Source of the DNA: an uncultured Phycisphaerales bacterium
GTDB taxonomy: Bacteria; Planctomycetota; Phycisphaerae; Phycisphaerales; SM1A02
Direction: 5' to 3'
Assembly: GCA_938084645.1 (NCBI GenBank)
Contig: CALKEP010000001.1
Span: forward strand, 64,001-128,000
DNA: 64,000 bases
A program made the translations under genes and the position numbers. Shown one piece after another: positions 50,673 through 60,113 of this stretch; the first letter of the stretch is position 1, and each line of letters opens with the position of its first letter. The notes under the pieces are model-generated. The model was not told the origin of the DNA, ran no database searches, and was given only the letters and a program-made list of their open reading frames with translations.

Positions 50673-51065
50673 ATGATGACGATTCTCACCGACACCGAAC
50701 GTTCGATCTCGTCTCTCGTTCCCGCCGCCGACCAGGCCGGTGAACTCACCGAGCTGGACCTCGATCATTCGAATCCCGGTACCGCGACCCTCGTCGCCGC
50801 CTGGGGGGATGGCGATGACGAGGAAGACGATTACGCGGGGATCTACGACGACGACGAACTGGACGACGACGACGACGAAGAAGAAGAGGAAGATGAGGAA
50901 GAGGAAGAAGACGGCCACGACGACGACGAAGAAGAAGATGAAGACGACGACGAGGTGTACGGTGACGACGATGACGAAGACGAAGAGGATGACGACGACT
51001 TCTTCGGCGACGACGACGATGACGACGACGACGAGGAAGACGACGAGGAAGACGACGACCTCTAG
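50673..51065 (+). CDS. Small hyper-acidic (poly-Asp/Glu) protein, 130 aa
   Basis: AGAAGGA RBS, ATG 50673; last 85 residues are about 69 D/E; fills the gap between flanking genes. Confidence 0.75.
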   Translation: MMTILTDTERSISSLVPAADQAGELTELDLDHSNPGTATLVAAWGDGDDEEDDYAGIYDDDELDDDDDEEEEEDEEEEEDGHDDDEEEDEDDDEVYGDDDDEDEEDDDDFFGDDDDDDDDEEDDEEDDDL

Positions 51066-51115
51066 GCGTCGCCCGGCGTTTCGCACCCACCCGGATGCGG
51101 CTCGGATTGAATCGT

Positions 51116-52285
51116 TCAGCCGGTGTCGCGCAGGCGGGCGAGAAGCAGTTCGAATCGACCTGAACCCGGTCGGAGCAGGAGGATCGGATCGCTTTCGATG
51201 CCCGATCGCCGGGGAATCGCCAGCCTCTCCGCGAGCCTGATCCGGGTTGGCAGAAGTCCTCCGGACGCCGCGAGTTCGACAAAGAGCAGTCCATCGTCGG
51301 TCGCGGCGATGCCACGGTTCTCATCAAGCATCGATGCGACGATCACGCCCTCGGGAAACGGGCGCGCGAGATCACGTTCCGGCGACCACTCGACGAGTCG
51401 TTGCAGATCGGGGTGCAGGAAGATGATGCGTGGCGGGCCACCGGGTGGAGACGCCTCGATGCCGGCCTGAGGCGAGAGCATCGCGTGGACCAGGCGTTCG
51501 TTCGTCCGGATCGAGATGGGGTGCGTGATCATCCCGTCCCGGAAACGGGCCTCGTCCGTGAGCCGCGACCAGCCGAGTTCGACCGTGCCGTCGCCGCGTC
51601 GCAACGCGAAGATCGTCCGGCCGTCGTCGGCGAGCACCGGGTCGATCCAGGATCGTTCGAAGCGTCGTTCCAGCCGCCAGTCGGGCGTGTCCGGACGTCG
51701 CACCATGAGGTCGAAGGACGAGTCCTCGACCCGACGTCGACTCCACGCGAGCGTGCCGTCCGGACCGTTGGTCGCGAAGGCGTTGACGAATTCGTCGTCG
51801 ACGAGCCACGTCGGCGATCCGTCGGTCCACGGAACACGGCCGATTCGACGGGTCCCGTCGGGCCGCTGTTCCTCCACGAGGAATCCGTTCGCATCCGCGC
51901 CGCGCCCGAGCAGCCAGGGGCCACGAACCGTTCTCACCCGCACGACCTCGTCGGGCTCGATGCGAAGGATCTCGATCGGAACCACCGAGGAGGGGCGGGC
52001 ATCGGTCCTTGCCAGCACGGTCGGCCACGCCGGTGGAGCGCCGCTCCGCACCGCGAGAAACCGACCATCCGGCGAGGACAGGGGAATCGAGAAATCGTCG
52101 TAGTCGACCTCTCCGATCCGACGCCATGCCACTTCGGCGGAGACGTCGTTCGGGTCGAGGGACTCTTCCAGCTCGGTCCGCTCCGGGGTGATGAAACGGC
52201 CCGGAGTCCGCCCCACTTCGCGAGCGACGCACCCTGACGCAAGCACTGCCAGCAGGGCCGCTCCGGCGATTCTCCCGACGATCAC
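51116..52285 (-). CDS. Lipoprotein with TolB-like propeller, last gene of T2SS operon
   Basis: Lipobox ASG|C; SPDGRFLAV, GPDGTLAWS, ADDGRTIFA blades; GTGA overlap with gspD. Confidence 0.7.
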   Translation of the reverse strand: MIVGRIAGAALLAVLASGCVAREVGRTPGRFITPERTELEESLDPNDVSAEVAWRRIGEVDYDDFSIPLSSPDGRFLAVRSGAPPAWPTVLARTDARPSSVVPIEILRIEPDEVVRVRTVRGPWLLGRGADANGFLVEEQRPDGTRRIGRVPWTDGSPTWLVDDEFVNAFATNGPDGTLAWSRRRVEDSSFDLMVRRPDTPDWRLERRFERSWIDPVLADDGRTIFALRRGDGTVELGWSRLTDEARFRDGMITHPISIRTNERLVHAMLSPQAGIEASPPGGPPRIIFLHPDLQRLVEWSPERDLARPFPEGVIVASMLDENRGIAATDDGLLFVELAASGGLLPTRIRLAERLAIPRRSGIESDPILLLRPGSGRFELLLARLRDTG

Positions 52286-55032
52286 TTCTCGGTCGACGGA
52301 GGCGTGGCGTCACCGTCGGCCTCTCCGGAGGACTTCGAGTCCTTGGAATTCTCCGGATCCTCCGTGTCGTCGATCCGATCGAAGAACTGGTCCTTGGCGA
52401 GTTCCTTGGACATCTCCTCGAGCGGCTTGCTGAGCTCCTCGAGTCGCCGTCGTTCCTCGACGTTGAAGTTCGTGTCGTTCTCGTCGGGATTGTCGACCAC
52501 CACGGGGGTGATGAACATCACGAGTTCGACCAGGGACTTCGACTTCTCGGTGCTGGTGAACGCCGCGCCGAGCAGGGGGATGTCGCCCAGAAGCGGGACC
52601 TTGCGTTCCACGTCGGTATCGTCCTCGCGGCGGATTCCACTCAGCACGATCGTCTGGTTGTTCTTCACCGTGACGGTGGTCGTGGTCTGGCGTCGGTTGA
52701 CCACCGGGTTCGAGTTGATGCTCGCGGTGGAGGCGATGTTCGAGAGGAGGATCTCGATCTCCATCGCGACGTTTCGATCCTTGGTGATCCGGGGTCGGAC
52801 GTTCAGGCCGATGCCGATCGCCTCCTGTTCGAAGGAGGTGGTGGTGCCCTGCTCGTTGGCGGTCGAACCCGTCTGGAACGTGACGTCCTGTCCGGCGAAG
52901 AACTTCGCCTCCTTGTTGTCGCTGGTGAACACCCGCGGCCGCTGGAGGATTCGAACGTTGTTCTGTTCGGAGAGTGCCTGCAGGATGAAGTCGACGCTCG
53001 TGCCGACCTGGAGGAACGACGTGTCGAACCAGGGAGATGCGAAGTTGTCCGTGAGACTGGTGTTGTCGAGAACCAGGCTCTCGCTGCCCTTGGTGAGATC
53101 GAGCCCCACGGTGCCGCCCACCACGTTGTCGCCGCTGGCCTGGATGCCCGAGCCGACGCGGATGCCGAGATTCAGGCCGTCACCGAGCGTGACTTCGGCG
53201 AGGGTCGCGGTGAGCATGACCTGGCGGCCCGGGCGATCGAGATCGTTGATGATCGAGAGCAGGGCGTCCTGGATCTCCGGAGTCGCGAGCACCAGGAGCG
53301 AGTTCTGGCCCGGGTTGGGAACGACCCGGCTCTTGCCCACGAGGGCGGAGACTTCGGCGGACTCATCACCGTTCGCACCACGCCCCGACTGCCACGGGAA
53401 GGTGATCTCCTCGGAGGAGTCGTTGGTTCCGGTGTCGCCACCGCCACCGGCACTGTCGAAGTCGATTCCCGTCAGGCCCTCGTCCGGGGCCTGGATCCCT
53501 CGGCCACCGCCGCCAGCGGCCGCGAGCAGGGCGTTGAGGATGTCCGCGACCTCGATGGCGCTTGCGTGCTTCAGTTCGATGTTGACCGGCATGCCGACGC
53601 TGAGCGGCTGGTCGATCTCCTCGATCATCGTGTCGAGCCAGTCGAAGTTGTCGGGGGTCTTGGAGATGACGATCAGGCGGTTGGAGTCCGGATACGCCTC
53701 GATGCGGAAGATGTCGGCGACCGCGGCGTCGGCTCCTGCCGATGCACCACCACCACCCCGTCCCGCGGGCTGGCCGCCACCGCCGCCGCCCTCTTCGAGC
53801 AGGGCCACGAGAAGCGTCTTCACCTTGACGGGGTCGGTGTACTTGAGGTCGTAGAGTCGGAAGATGTTGCCCTCTCGGCTCGGCGGGATGTCCCACGCGG
53901 TCTCGATCAGGTACTTGATGTCCGTCAGGATCTCGGGCTCCGCCCGTACGGTGACGGCGTTGGTCTGGGGAAGCACGCTCACCTGAAGCTGATCGCTGGT
54001 CCCGACCTGTGGGAGGTCCTGCTGCGATTGCTGGGCCCCGCGCTGGTTCCGGGAGGTCGGAGCACGATTGCTGCCGCGCGCGCTCGAGCCACTGTTCGGG
54101 CTCGGGCTGAAGAGCTCGAGAATGATGTCGGCGAGCGTCTGGGCGTCCGCGTAGGCGAGTCGGAAGGTCTCCGTCTTCACGGCGAGGAAAGGCGGCACGT
54201 CGAGGAGGTTGATCAGTTTCTGGACGCGCTTGGCCCAGCCGATGTCGCCTTCGATGATGACCTGGTTCGAGTTCACGTCGACGGTCAGGTTGCCGTATTC
54301 GGGCGCCCCTTCGGAGAGCTGCGCCTCGACGTCGTTCACCTTCGCGTGCTGGAGACGGAAGACCTTGGTCACGAGACTTCCGTCCTCCGTCATCCGGGTG
54401 ACGTCGATCTCCGGCCCGAGCACGAGGCTCGGCTGGAAGTTGTTCATCTCCATGATGGAGTTGAGCATGATGAGATCGGGCGTCTCGACCACGCCGATGC
54501 CGTTCAGTCGGAAGGCCTGGAAGATCAGGTCGAGGGCCGCGTGCTTCGCGAGCGGTCGGTCGCTGAACAGCGTGATCTTGGTCGTGGTGAGCATGGTCGA
54601 CTTGACCATGAGCGCCTTGCCCGTCCAATCCACGATGAACGGGAGCACCTCCGACACGGTGACGCCGTCGAAGTTCAGGGGAACCGGCTCGTCATCGACG
54701 GTGCGCCGGGTGCCGCTCAACGCGGACTGCTGATCGGTGTTCGTGCCGGGCTCGCTCGCGGCGGCGGGCTCTGATCGGTCGGGGCCCGTCGCGGGGGCCG
54801 CGGCGGCCGGTGCGGTGGCAGGCCCGTCTCGAAGGGGTGCGTTCTCGTCCTGGCCGATCTCCCCAGCGGGCTGCGAGGTCGGGCCGTTGCGTTCCGGACG
54901 ACCGCCACCGTCCGTCGCCGTGGCACCGAAGGCCGCACCGGCGAATAGCAGGACGGCCGCGAAGGATCGATGGACGAGTCGTCGGGCGGAGGGGGAGTGG
55001 TCGACGAGGAGTGCGTTGCTTCGAGCCATCAC
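52282..55032 (-). CDS. gspD: Type II secretion secretin GspD
   Basis: N0 (LNFDGV) plus several N repeats (LAYADA, LKYTD, LKHASA); RPRVFTSDNKEA, VPLLGDIPLLGAAF, ELVMFITPVV. Confidence 0.93.
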   Translation of the reverse strand: MMARSNALLVDHSPSARRLVHRSFAAVLLFAGAAFGATATDGGGRPERNGPTSQPAGEIGQDENAPLRDGPATAPAAAAPATGPDRSEPAAASEPGTNTDQQSALSGTRRTVDDEPVPLNFDGVTVSEVLPFIVDWTGKALMVKSTMLTTTKITLFSDRPLAKHAALDLIFQAFRLNGIGVVETPDLIMLNSIMEMNNFQPSLVLGPEIDVTRMTEDGSLVTKVFRLQHAKVNDVEAQLSEGAPEYGNLTVDVNSNQVIIEGDIGWAKRVQKLINLLDVPPFLAVKTETFRLAYADAQTLADIILELFSPSPNSGSSARGSNRAPTSRNQRGAQQSQQDLPQVGTSDQLQVSVLPQTNAVTVRAEPEILTDIKYLIETAWDIPPSREGNIFRLYDLKYTDPVKVKTLLVALLEEGGGGGGQPAGRGGGGASAGADAAVADIFRIEAYPDSNRLIVISKTPDNFDWLDTMIEEIDQPLSVGMPVNIELKHASAIEVADILNALLAAAGGGGRGIQAPDEGLTGIDFDSAGGGGDTGTNDSSEEITFPWQSGRGANGDESAEVSALVGKSRVVPNPGQNSLLVLATPEIQDALLSIINDLDRPGRQVMLTATLAEVTLGDGLNLGIRVGSGIQASGDNVVGGTVGLDLTKGSESLVLDNTSLTDNFASPWFDTSFLQVGTSVDFILQALSEQNNVRILQRPRVFTSDNKEAKFFAGQDVTFQTGSTANEQGTTTSFEQEAIGIGLNVRPRITKDRNVAMEIEILLSNIASTASINSNPVVNRRQTTTTVTVKNNQTIVLSGIRREDDTDVERKVPLLGDIPLLGAAFTSTEKSKSLVELVMFITPVVVDNPDENDTNFNVEERRRLEELSKPLEEMSKELAKDQFFDRIDDTEDPENSKDSKSSGEADGDATPPSTEK

Positions 55033-55207
55033 GGTCGGTTTCCTTGCTTGATCCGTACCGAGCGGATCTCGGAGGGGATCGATGTCAGCGGTCGGTCGGT
55101 CGGGAGTCGGCCCGGTGGGCTCCAGAGTCTCTCGAGCGACGAACGATTTTCTTCGATCGAACTGATGGACGTCTTGGAAACGACGTGACGTCCCGATCCA
55201 TTGCCGG

Positions 55208-56134
55208 TCAGGCGCTTCCTGCGCCGGTCTTTTCCTGCCTGCTCTGTTCCAACTGCTCCAGTTCGTGCTGGAGTCGGATTCGTGATCGCGGGTCGATGTC
55301 CTCGCGCTGGAGGGCCTTGCGGACGCGATCTCGTGCCATCACGACGTCGGAGGGGCTCAGTGAGGCGATCTGCTCGTCGGACATCGCATCGGGCAGCGTC
55401 GAAGGATCGGCGTAGGTCGGCGGTGAATCGACCGGTGCCGCCGTGTCATCCTTCGCCTCGGCGGCGACGGGGGGGGCGGGGACGGGTGTCTTCGGCGGCG
55501 ACGCGGCATTTCCGCTCGCGGACGCGGAGGTCGGTTCGGTGCCTTCGAAGAATCGTCTGGTGGCGGAGGGGGGCGATGCCGGCTCGTCGAACATGCCGGA
55601 CCGACGATCGAGGAGATCGACCTCGTATTCGCCGCCTCGGTGGGCGAGCCGGACCCGCCAGATGCTCATGATCTCGAGGACCTTGACGCCGTCCTTCTCC
55701 TCGCCGATCGCGACCGCGTCCTCGGCGGATCCGAAGAGCACCAGGGTGCCGAGGATGCCGGTGGGACGAGGCCCGCTGTAGTTCGCGGGCGGGGGTGGGG
55801 GGCCCTTGGGCACGTCGGGTTCGGTGCGTCGTTCGGGCGTTCGCTTCGGCGGCGGCTTGGGCCGTGACTTGGGACGGGAGGGCAGGACGAACGCGGAGCG
55901 ACCCGAGAATCGTCTTCGATTGATCTCGGCCTGCTCGGCATGGCGAGCCGCCAGTTCCGCGACCGGATCGGAGTCCGGCGTCGTCCACGAGGAGGTGGTC
56001 GCCGCGGAGAGGAGGCCGGGGATCTCCGCGAGTACCACGCCGCCGGCGATCGCGATGGCGAGGACGCTGGTGACCAGCGTGCCCGACCAACGAATCTCCG
56101 AGAGTGAACCGAAGGCGTCTGGGATGCGGCTCAT
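55208..56134 (-). CDS. GspC-like membrane-anchored protein
   Basis: N-terminal TM, Pro-rich linker, short HR-like beta domain (AVAIGEEKDGVKVLEI), helical C-terminal module; located before gspD. Confidence 0.6.
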   Translation of the reverse strand: MSRIPDAFGSLSEIRWSGTLVTSVLAIAIAGGVVLAEIPGLLSAATTSSWTTPDSDPVAELAARHAEQAEINRRRFSGRSAFVLPSRPKSRPKPPPKRTPERRTEPDVPKGPPPPPANYSGPRPTGILGTLVLFGSAEDAVAIGEEKDGVKVLEIMSIWRVRLAHRGGEYEVDLLDRRSGMFDEPASPPSATRRFFEGTEPTSASASGNAASPPKTPVPAPPVAAEAKDDTAAPVDSPPTYADPSTLPDAMSDEQIASLSPSDVVMARDRVRKALQREDIDPRSRIRLQHELEQLEQSRQEKTGAGSA

Positions 56135-56742
56135 GCCTTTCTCCTCGGCACGATCCAGGCTTCGACCACGATCCTGATCTCCAGATCCGGCCCGTCGTCG
56201 ACGAGATCGAGGCGGAGTTCGCTGATCGATTCGATCTCGGGCTCCGCTTCGAGATCGCGGATGACGTCGATGGCGGTCTCGGTGTCCGCGATGAACTCGA
56301 GCTCGCAGATGATCCGCTCCACCCGGCCGCCGGCCATGGTGCTCAGCGGACTGTTGCTCGGCAGCTTGCTGCCGGTTCGTCCATCGATCTTGGGGACGAT
56401 CTTGTACTGCGAGCAGATCTCGCTGATGGTCGACTCGAGCCGGGTCGCGCCCGGTGCCGCCGAACGGGGAACCTCGATGGGGCCGAGGGCGGTGGCGAGA
56501 CGCTCGATCTTGGGGTCCGTGGTTCGATCCACGGTACGGGCCCGCTCGATGGTGCGGGCGATTCGATCACTCTCGCCGTTCCAGGAGTCGGTCGTGGGTC
56601 TGACGTACTCGTCCCACACCAGGACCGCGATCAGGGCCAGTGCCGCGGCACCGATCAGCCGCCACATCGGCGAGAGTTCGAGGAAGCGATCGACGAGGTC
56701 CGGCTCGCGCCGGTTGTCGGTGGCAGGCGTTCGTCCGCTCAT
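56131..56742 (-). CDS. GspM/PilO-like protein
   Basis: LELSPMWRLIG-TM; IDVIRDLEAEPEIESISELRL ferredoxin-like pattern; synteny. Confidence 0.7.
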   Translation of the reverse strand: MSGRTPATDNRREPDLVDRFLELSPMWRLIGAAALALIAVLVWDEYVRPTTDSWNGESDRIARTIERARTVDRTTDPKIERLATALGPIEVPRSAAPGATRLESTISEICSQYKIVPKIDGRTGSKLPSNSPLSTMAGGRVERIICELEFIADTETAIDVIRDLEAEPEIESISELRLDLVDDGPDLEIRIVVEAWIVPRRKA

Positions 56743-58697
56743 TTCGCCGTCTCCCGGACACGGGCCATGATGAGGGTGAATTCCTCCTTCAGGCGGGCCT
56801 CGGTCTCTTCATCGAGGCCGGGCATGAGCTTGGCGGACGCGACCTTGCTCAGGCGATCCTTGGCTTCCGCATTGCTCAGCGTCGCGATCTCCTCGGGCGT
56901 GATGGGCTCGGGGATCTCCTTCACGAAGTTCCGAGAGGCTGAACGGCTGCCGGGATCACTGCGTGAGGACGGTGTCGAGGAGGCGCGGCTCGAGGGCCGG
57001 CCACCGCGTCGATCGTCTGCGCTGGCGGATCGACGATCGTCGTCGTCCGATTCGGAGGACCCGTCGCCCGTTTCGTCACCGTCGTCGTCGTCAGCCAACG
57101 GTCGGGATCCCGTGGTCTCGGTCGAGTTCCCGGTGACGGGCTTCGCGTCGGCGCCTGTGGCGAGGTCGAGTCCGGCGAGTCCACCGGCGATCTTCGCATC
57201 GATCGCTTCGCGACCTGCCTCGCCTTCGATGAGGTAGCCGTCTTCGTCGACCGGCCCGTAGCGGCGTTCCGAGTACGAGACGATCGCGTAGTCCTCCTCC
57301 GCGGGATAGCGGACCATTCGCAGAGGATCGGCGAGTTCCGCGGTGATCGAGAACTCGGTGTACCCACGGCCGTCGGGTTCCTCGATCGAGGACTCCGGGC
57401 CGGAGTTGGCGACGAGCCCGCTCTCGCGGAGCCGGCGATTGAAGTCGAAGACGGCCTCCGCACCGGATCGCCCGCCATCGGCCTTCGCGAATCCGGATAT
57501 CGAGATCGGTTCGCCGTGCTGGACCGTGATCGACTTGAGCTCGATCGTCTCAGGCATGAGGTTCGAGATGTCGCCGAGGATCTTCGTGACCGACCATGCC
57601 TGTCGATCGAGCTCCCGGTAGACCTTCTGGAGGTTGTCCACCTTGTCCACGTGGGACTGGAGGGCGTCGAAGTCGTTGACCTTGCTCTGCATCACGAGCA
57701 GTCGCAGCCCGGAACCGGCGAGCGGAGTCAGCAGCAGCAGGATGATGGCCGCCATCGCGACGGCGACCGCGGTTCGTCCGTCCGAGAGTCGAGTTGCCGC
57801 GCCCTTGAAGAAGCCCGGCCGCTCGAAGCGTCTCTCCGACTGCATCTCCGCGAGCGGGGCGAGCGGGCCGTGCGATGCGGCGACGGCGGCGAGGATGATC
57901 CGATCGTCGGCCTGCGAGTCGCCTTCAAGGGCGGTGCCGGGGTTGGTGACGGCGGAACGGATTCGTTCATCGGCATCGGCGTCGGCGAGCAGGGTGCCGT
58001 CGATCGTCCGGCTCGCGGCGTCGGCAAGCATCTTCGCCGTCTCACCCTCCACCTGGTTCGGGGCCACGCCCTGTCCGGCCAGGGTTTCCACGACCAGTGG
58101 TCCGAGGATGGATGCGATGTCGCGGCTGCCGCCACCACGCGCTGCGCGGTAGGCGGGGCCGTCCACCGTGGGAATGACCGCGGCGATCGCGGCGGTCTCG
58201 GGATCGAGAATCGCATGGATCGAGGACGGCGACTCCCCGGCGAGTTGAGCGAGGCAGGCGATCTCGGGGATCCACCGAACTTCGACGGCGGCGTCGAGCT
58301 CGGGCAGGCCCGCATCGAGGCCCTCGGGCCAGGCCACCACGAGGCCCGTCGGATGTTCGGAATCGAGGCCGATCGTCACGATGCCCGACCGATGGGTCGG
58401 GGTGGAGCCCAGCATTCTCGCTTCCGCCTCGATTCGGATCGCCGATTCGACCTGGCCCGGAGCCCCGGGAGGGGTGTGAATCGTTCGTACGAGGGTGGCG
58501 GCCGAGGGCAGGATCGCGAGGACCTTGCCGCACTGCGCCGCTTCGAGATGGCCACGGAGATCCCCCGGATCACACCAGACGAGGGATTCGATCGCCTTGG
58601 AGCCGTTCCCGCGGACCATCATCACCCGATAACCATCACCGCGTCTGCGGCAGACGGCCATGAGGTTCGGGTCGAATTCGATGCGTCGCTTGGACAT
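56739..58697 (-). CDS. GspL-like (PilM/PilN-type) protein with extended C-terminus
   Basis: Cytoplasmic actin-like part, TM, PilN-like domain (ILGDISNLMPETIELKSI...ISISGFA), disordered linker, helical tail; lies between gspK and gspM. Confidence 0.7.
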   Translation of the reverse strand: MSKRRIEFDPNLMAVCRRRGDGYRVMMVRGNGSKAIESLVWCDPGDLRGHLEAAQCGKVLAILPSAATLVRTIHTPPGAPGQVESAIRIEAEARMLGSTPTHRSGIVTIGLDSEHPTGLVVAWPEGLDAGLPELDAAVEVRWIPEIACLAQLAGESPSSIHAILDPETAAIAAVIPTVDGPAYRAARGGGSRDIASILGPLVVETLAGQGVAPNQVEGETAKMLADAASRTIDGTLLADADADERIRSAVTNPGTALEGDSQADDRIILAAVAASHGPLAPLAEMQSERRFERPGFFKGAATRLSDGRTAVAVAMAAIILLLLTPLAGSGLRLLVMQSKVNDFDALQSHVDKVDNLQKVYRELDRQAWSVTKILGDISNLMPETIELKSITVQHGEPISISGFAKADGGRSGAEAVFDFNRRLRESGLVANSGPESSIEEPDGRGYTEFSITAELADPLRMVRYPAEEDYAIVSYSERRYGPVDEDGYLIEGEAGREAIDAKIAGGLAGLDLATGADAKPVTGNSTETTGSRPLADDDDGDETGDGSSESDDDDRRSASADDRRGGRPSSRASSTPSSRSDPGSRSASRNFVKEIPEPITPEEIATLSNAEAKDRLSKVASAKLMPGLDEETEARLKEEFTLIMARVRETAK

Positions 58698-60113
58698 TCA
58701 GTCTTCTCGGTACTCGATGATCTTCACCGGCAGGGTTGAACGATCGACCACCGCGTGGATTTCAATTTCCTGTCCGGTCCGGGAGATTCCCCGGCTGGAG
58801 ATCGAATACACCCACCCGGTGACATCGAGTTGGTCGGCGACCGTCGAGAGCAGGTCGGGATCGATCCGACGAACTTCCAGAAGGTCCACGATACTCGTGA
58901 TTCCCTCGGCTCGCGACTGACGCAGGGCGAGGATCGATTCCGCGATCGCGGGATCGTTGTCGAAGATGAGCGCGAGCACGTCGGGGCCGGCGGTGTTGAG
59001 GTTCACCTTCCCGGGGATCCGCTCCGGACCGGAGTAATCCGTCATCGTGCACTCGGCGAAGATCGCCTTGAGTTGTTCGGTGTCGAGGGCGGAAACGCCC
59101 TCATCGTCCGATCCGCCTCGACTGTTCCGCGAGGTTCGTCCGGTCGATCGTCCGCGACTTCCGCCGGTCTGCTGGGCGGGCTGCCCGACCAGTTCGCCGA
59201 GGTCGACCGAAAGCAGAGGACCCATGACCCCGTTCGCCGTCTCGGCGAACGCCATCAGGGCGTTGGCCTGGGCCTCGTCCACACCCGTGACCTCCATGAC
59301 CTCCGCGCTGTCGGCGTCGGCGGTGAGGCGGATCTTCGGGAACCCGGAGCGTCCGAGCGGCGAGTCCGTGCTGCGTGCCGTGAGGTATCCCGCCCAGCCG
59401 ACGTCGAGTCGGCCATCGGCGTCGTCGTCGGGGGTGGCGTTCTCGCCGTCGTCCTCGTTCCCGTCGAGTCGGTTGTTGAGGTTCCAGTCCTCGCCCCGGA
59501 CGTATTCGGGCCACGCTCCGGCGACCAGTTCGAGTTCCGTGATCGATTTGAACGGGGCGTTTCTCGGGACGTACCCGAGATCACGACCTTCATAGAAACT
59601 CCGTTCCGCGCCGATCCCCTGGACCTCCTCGTCCTCGTCCCGCCAGTCGAGGATCGAATCGACGGTGTCGATGCTCATCTCCGGCAGTTCGCCGAGCTGC
59701 AGCTTGGTGATCGAGTTGATGTTCATCCGCGAGTGAAGATCGAGCGGCCCACGAAACTCCTCGCCCTCGGCGACGTGCCGGATGTCCCACGTGCCGGTTT
59801 CGAGCGAGCCCGTCCAGTCGAACTCGAGGTCGCGGACGACCGCCATCGGATCGTCGACATCCGGGGTCTCGGTGTGTCGGGCGAGGGTCGCGATGATCCG
59901 TTCGATGCCCGCGCGAGCCGCCCAGCGAGCCTGGACCCGTCCCACCGCGGACTGGCCGAGCACGGTGGTGCGCCAGGTGACCATCTGCGTCGCCGCGACG
60001 ATGACCGAGGCGATGGCGATCGACCAGAGCACCACGATCGTGGCGGAACCTCTGGCAACGCCCGTCCGTGCGTCACTCCTGCGGTCGTGTCGACGTCGAG
60101 CCCTCGTGATCAC
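58698..60113 (-). CDS. gspK: Minor pseudopilin GspK
   Basis: RG|SATIVVLW, QARWAARAGI, RMNIN, SILDWRDED, PRNAPFKSITELELV, GKVNLNTA. Confidence 0.9.
   Translation of the reverse strand: MITRARRRHDRRSDARTGVARGSATIVVLWSIAIASVIVAATQMVTWRTTVLGQSAVGRVQARWAARAGIERIIATLARHTETPDVDDPMAVVRDLEFDWTGSLETGTWDIRHVAEGEEFRGPLDLHSRMNINSITKLQLGELPEMSIDTVDSILDWRDEDEEVQGIGAERSFYEGRDLGYVPRNAPFKSITELELVAGAWPEYVRGEDWNLNNRLDGNEDDGENATPDDDADGRLDVGWAGYLTARSTDSPLGRSGFPKIRLTADADSAEVMEVTGVDEAQANALMAFAETANGVMGPLLSVDLGELVGQPAQQTGGSRGRSTGRTSRNSRGGSDDEGVSALDTEQLKAIFAECTMTDYSGPERIPGKVNLNTAGPDVLALIFDNDPAIAESILALRQSRAEGITSIVDLLEVRRIDPDLLSTVADQLDVTGWVYSISSRGISRTGQEIEIHAVVDRSTLPVKIIEYRED

Noticed and set aside
50808..51062. GAC/GAA trinucleotide runs as a microsatellite or CRISPR-like repeat
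   Set aside because: Units are mixed synonymous codons in one frame with no repeat-spacer structure; better explained as an acidic protein.
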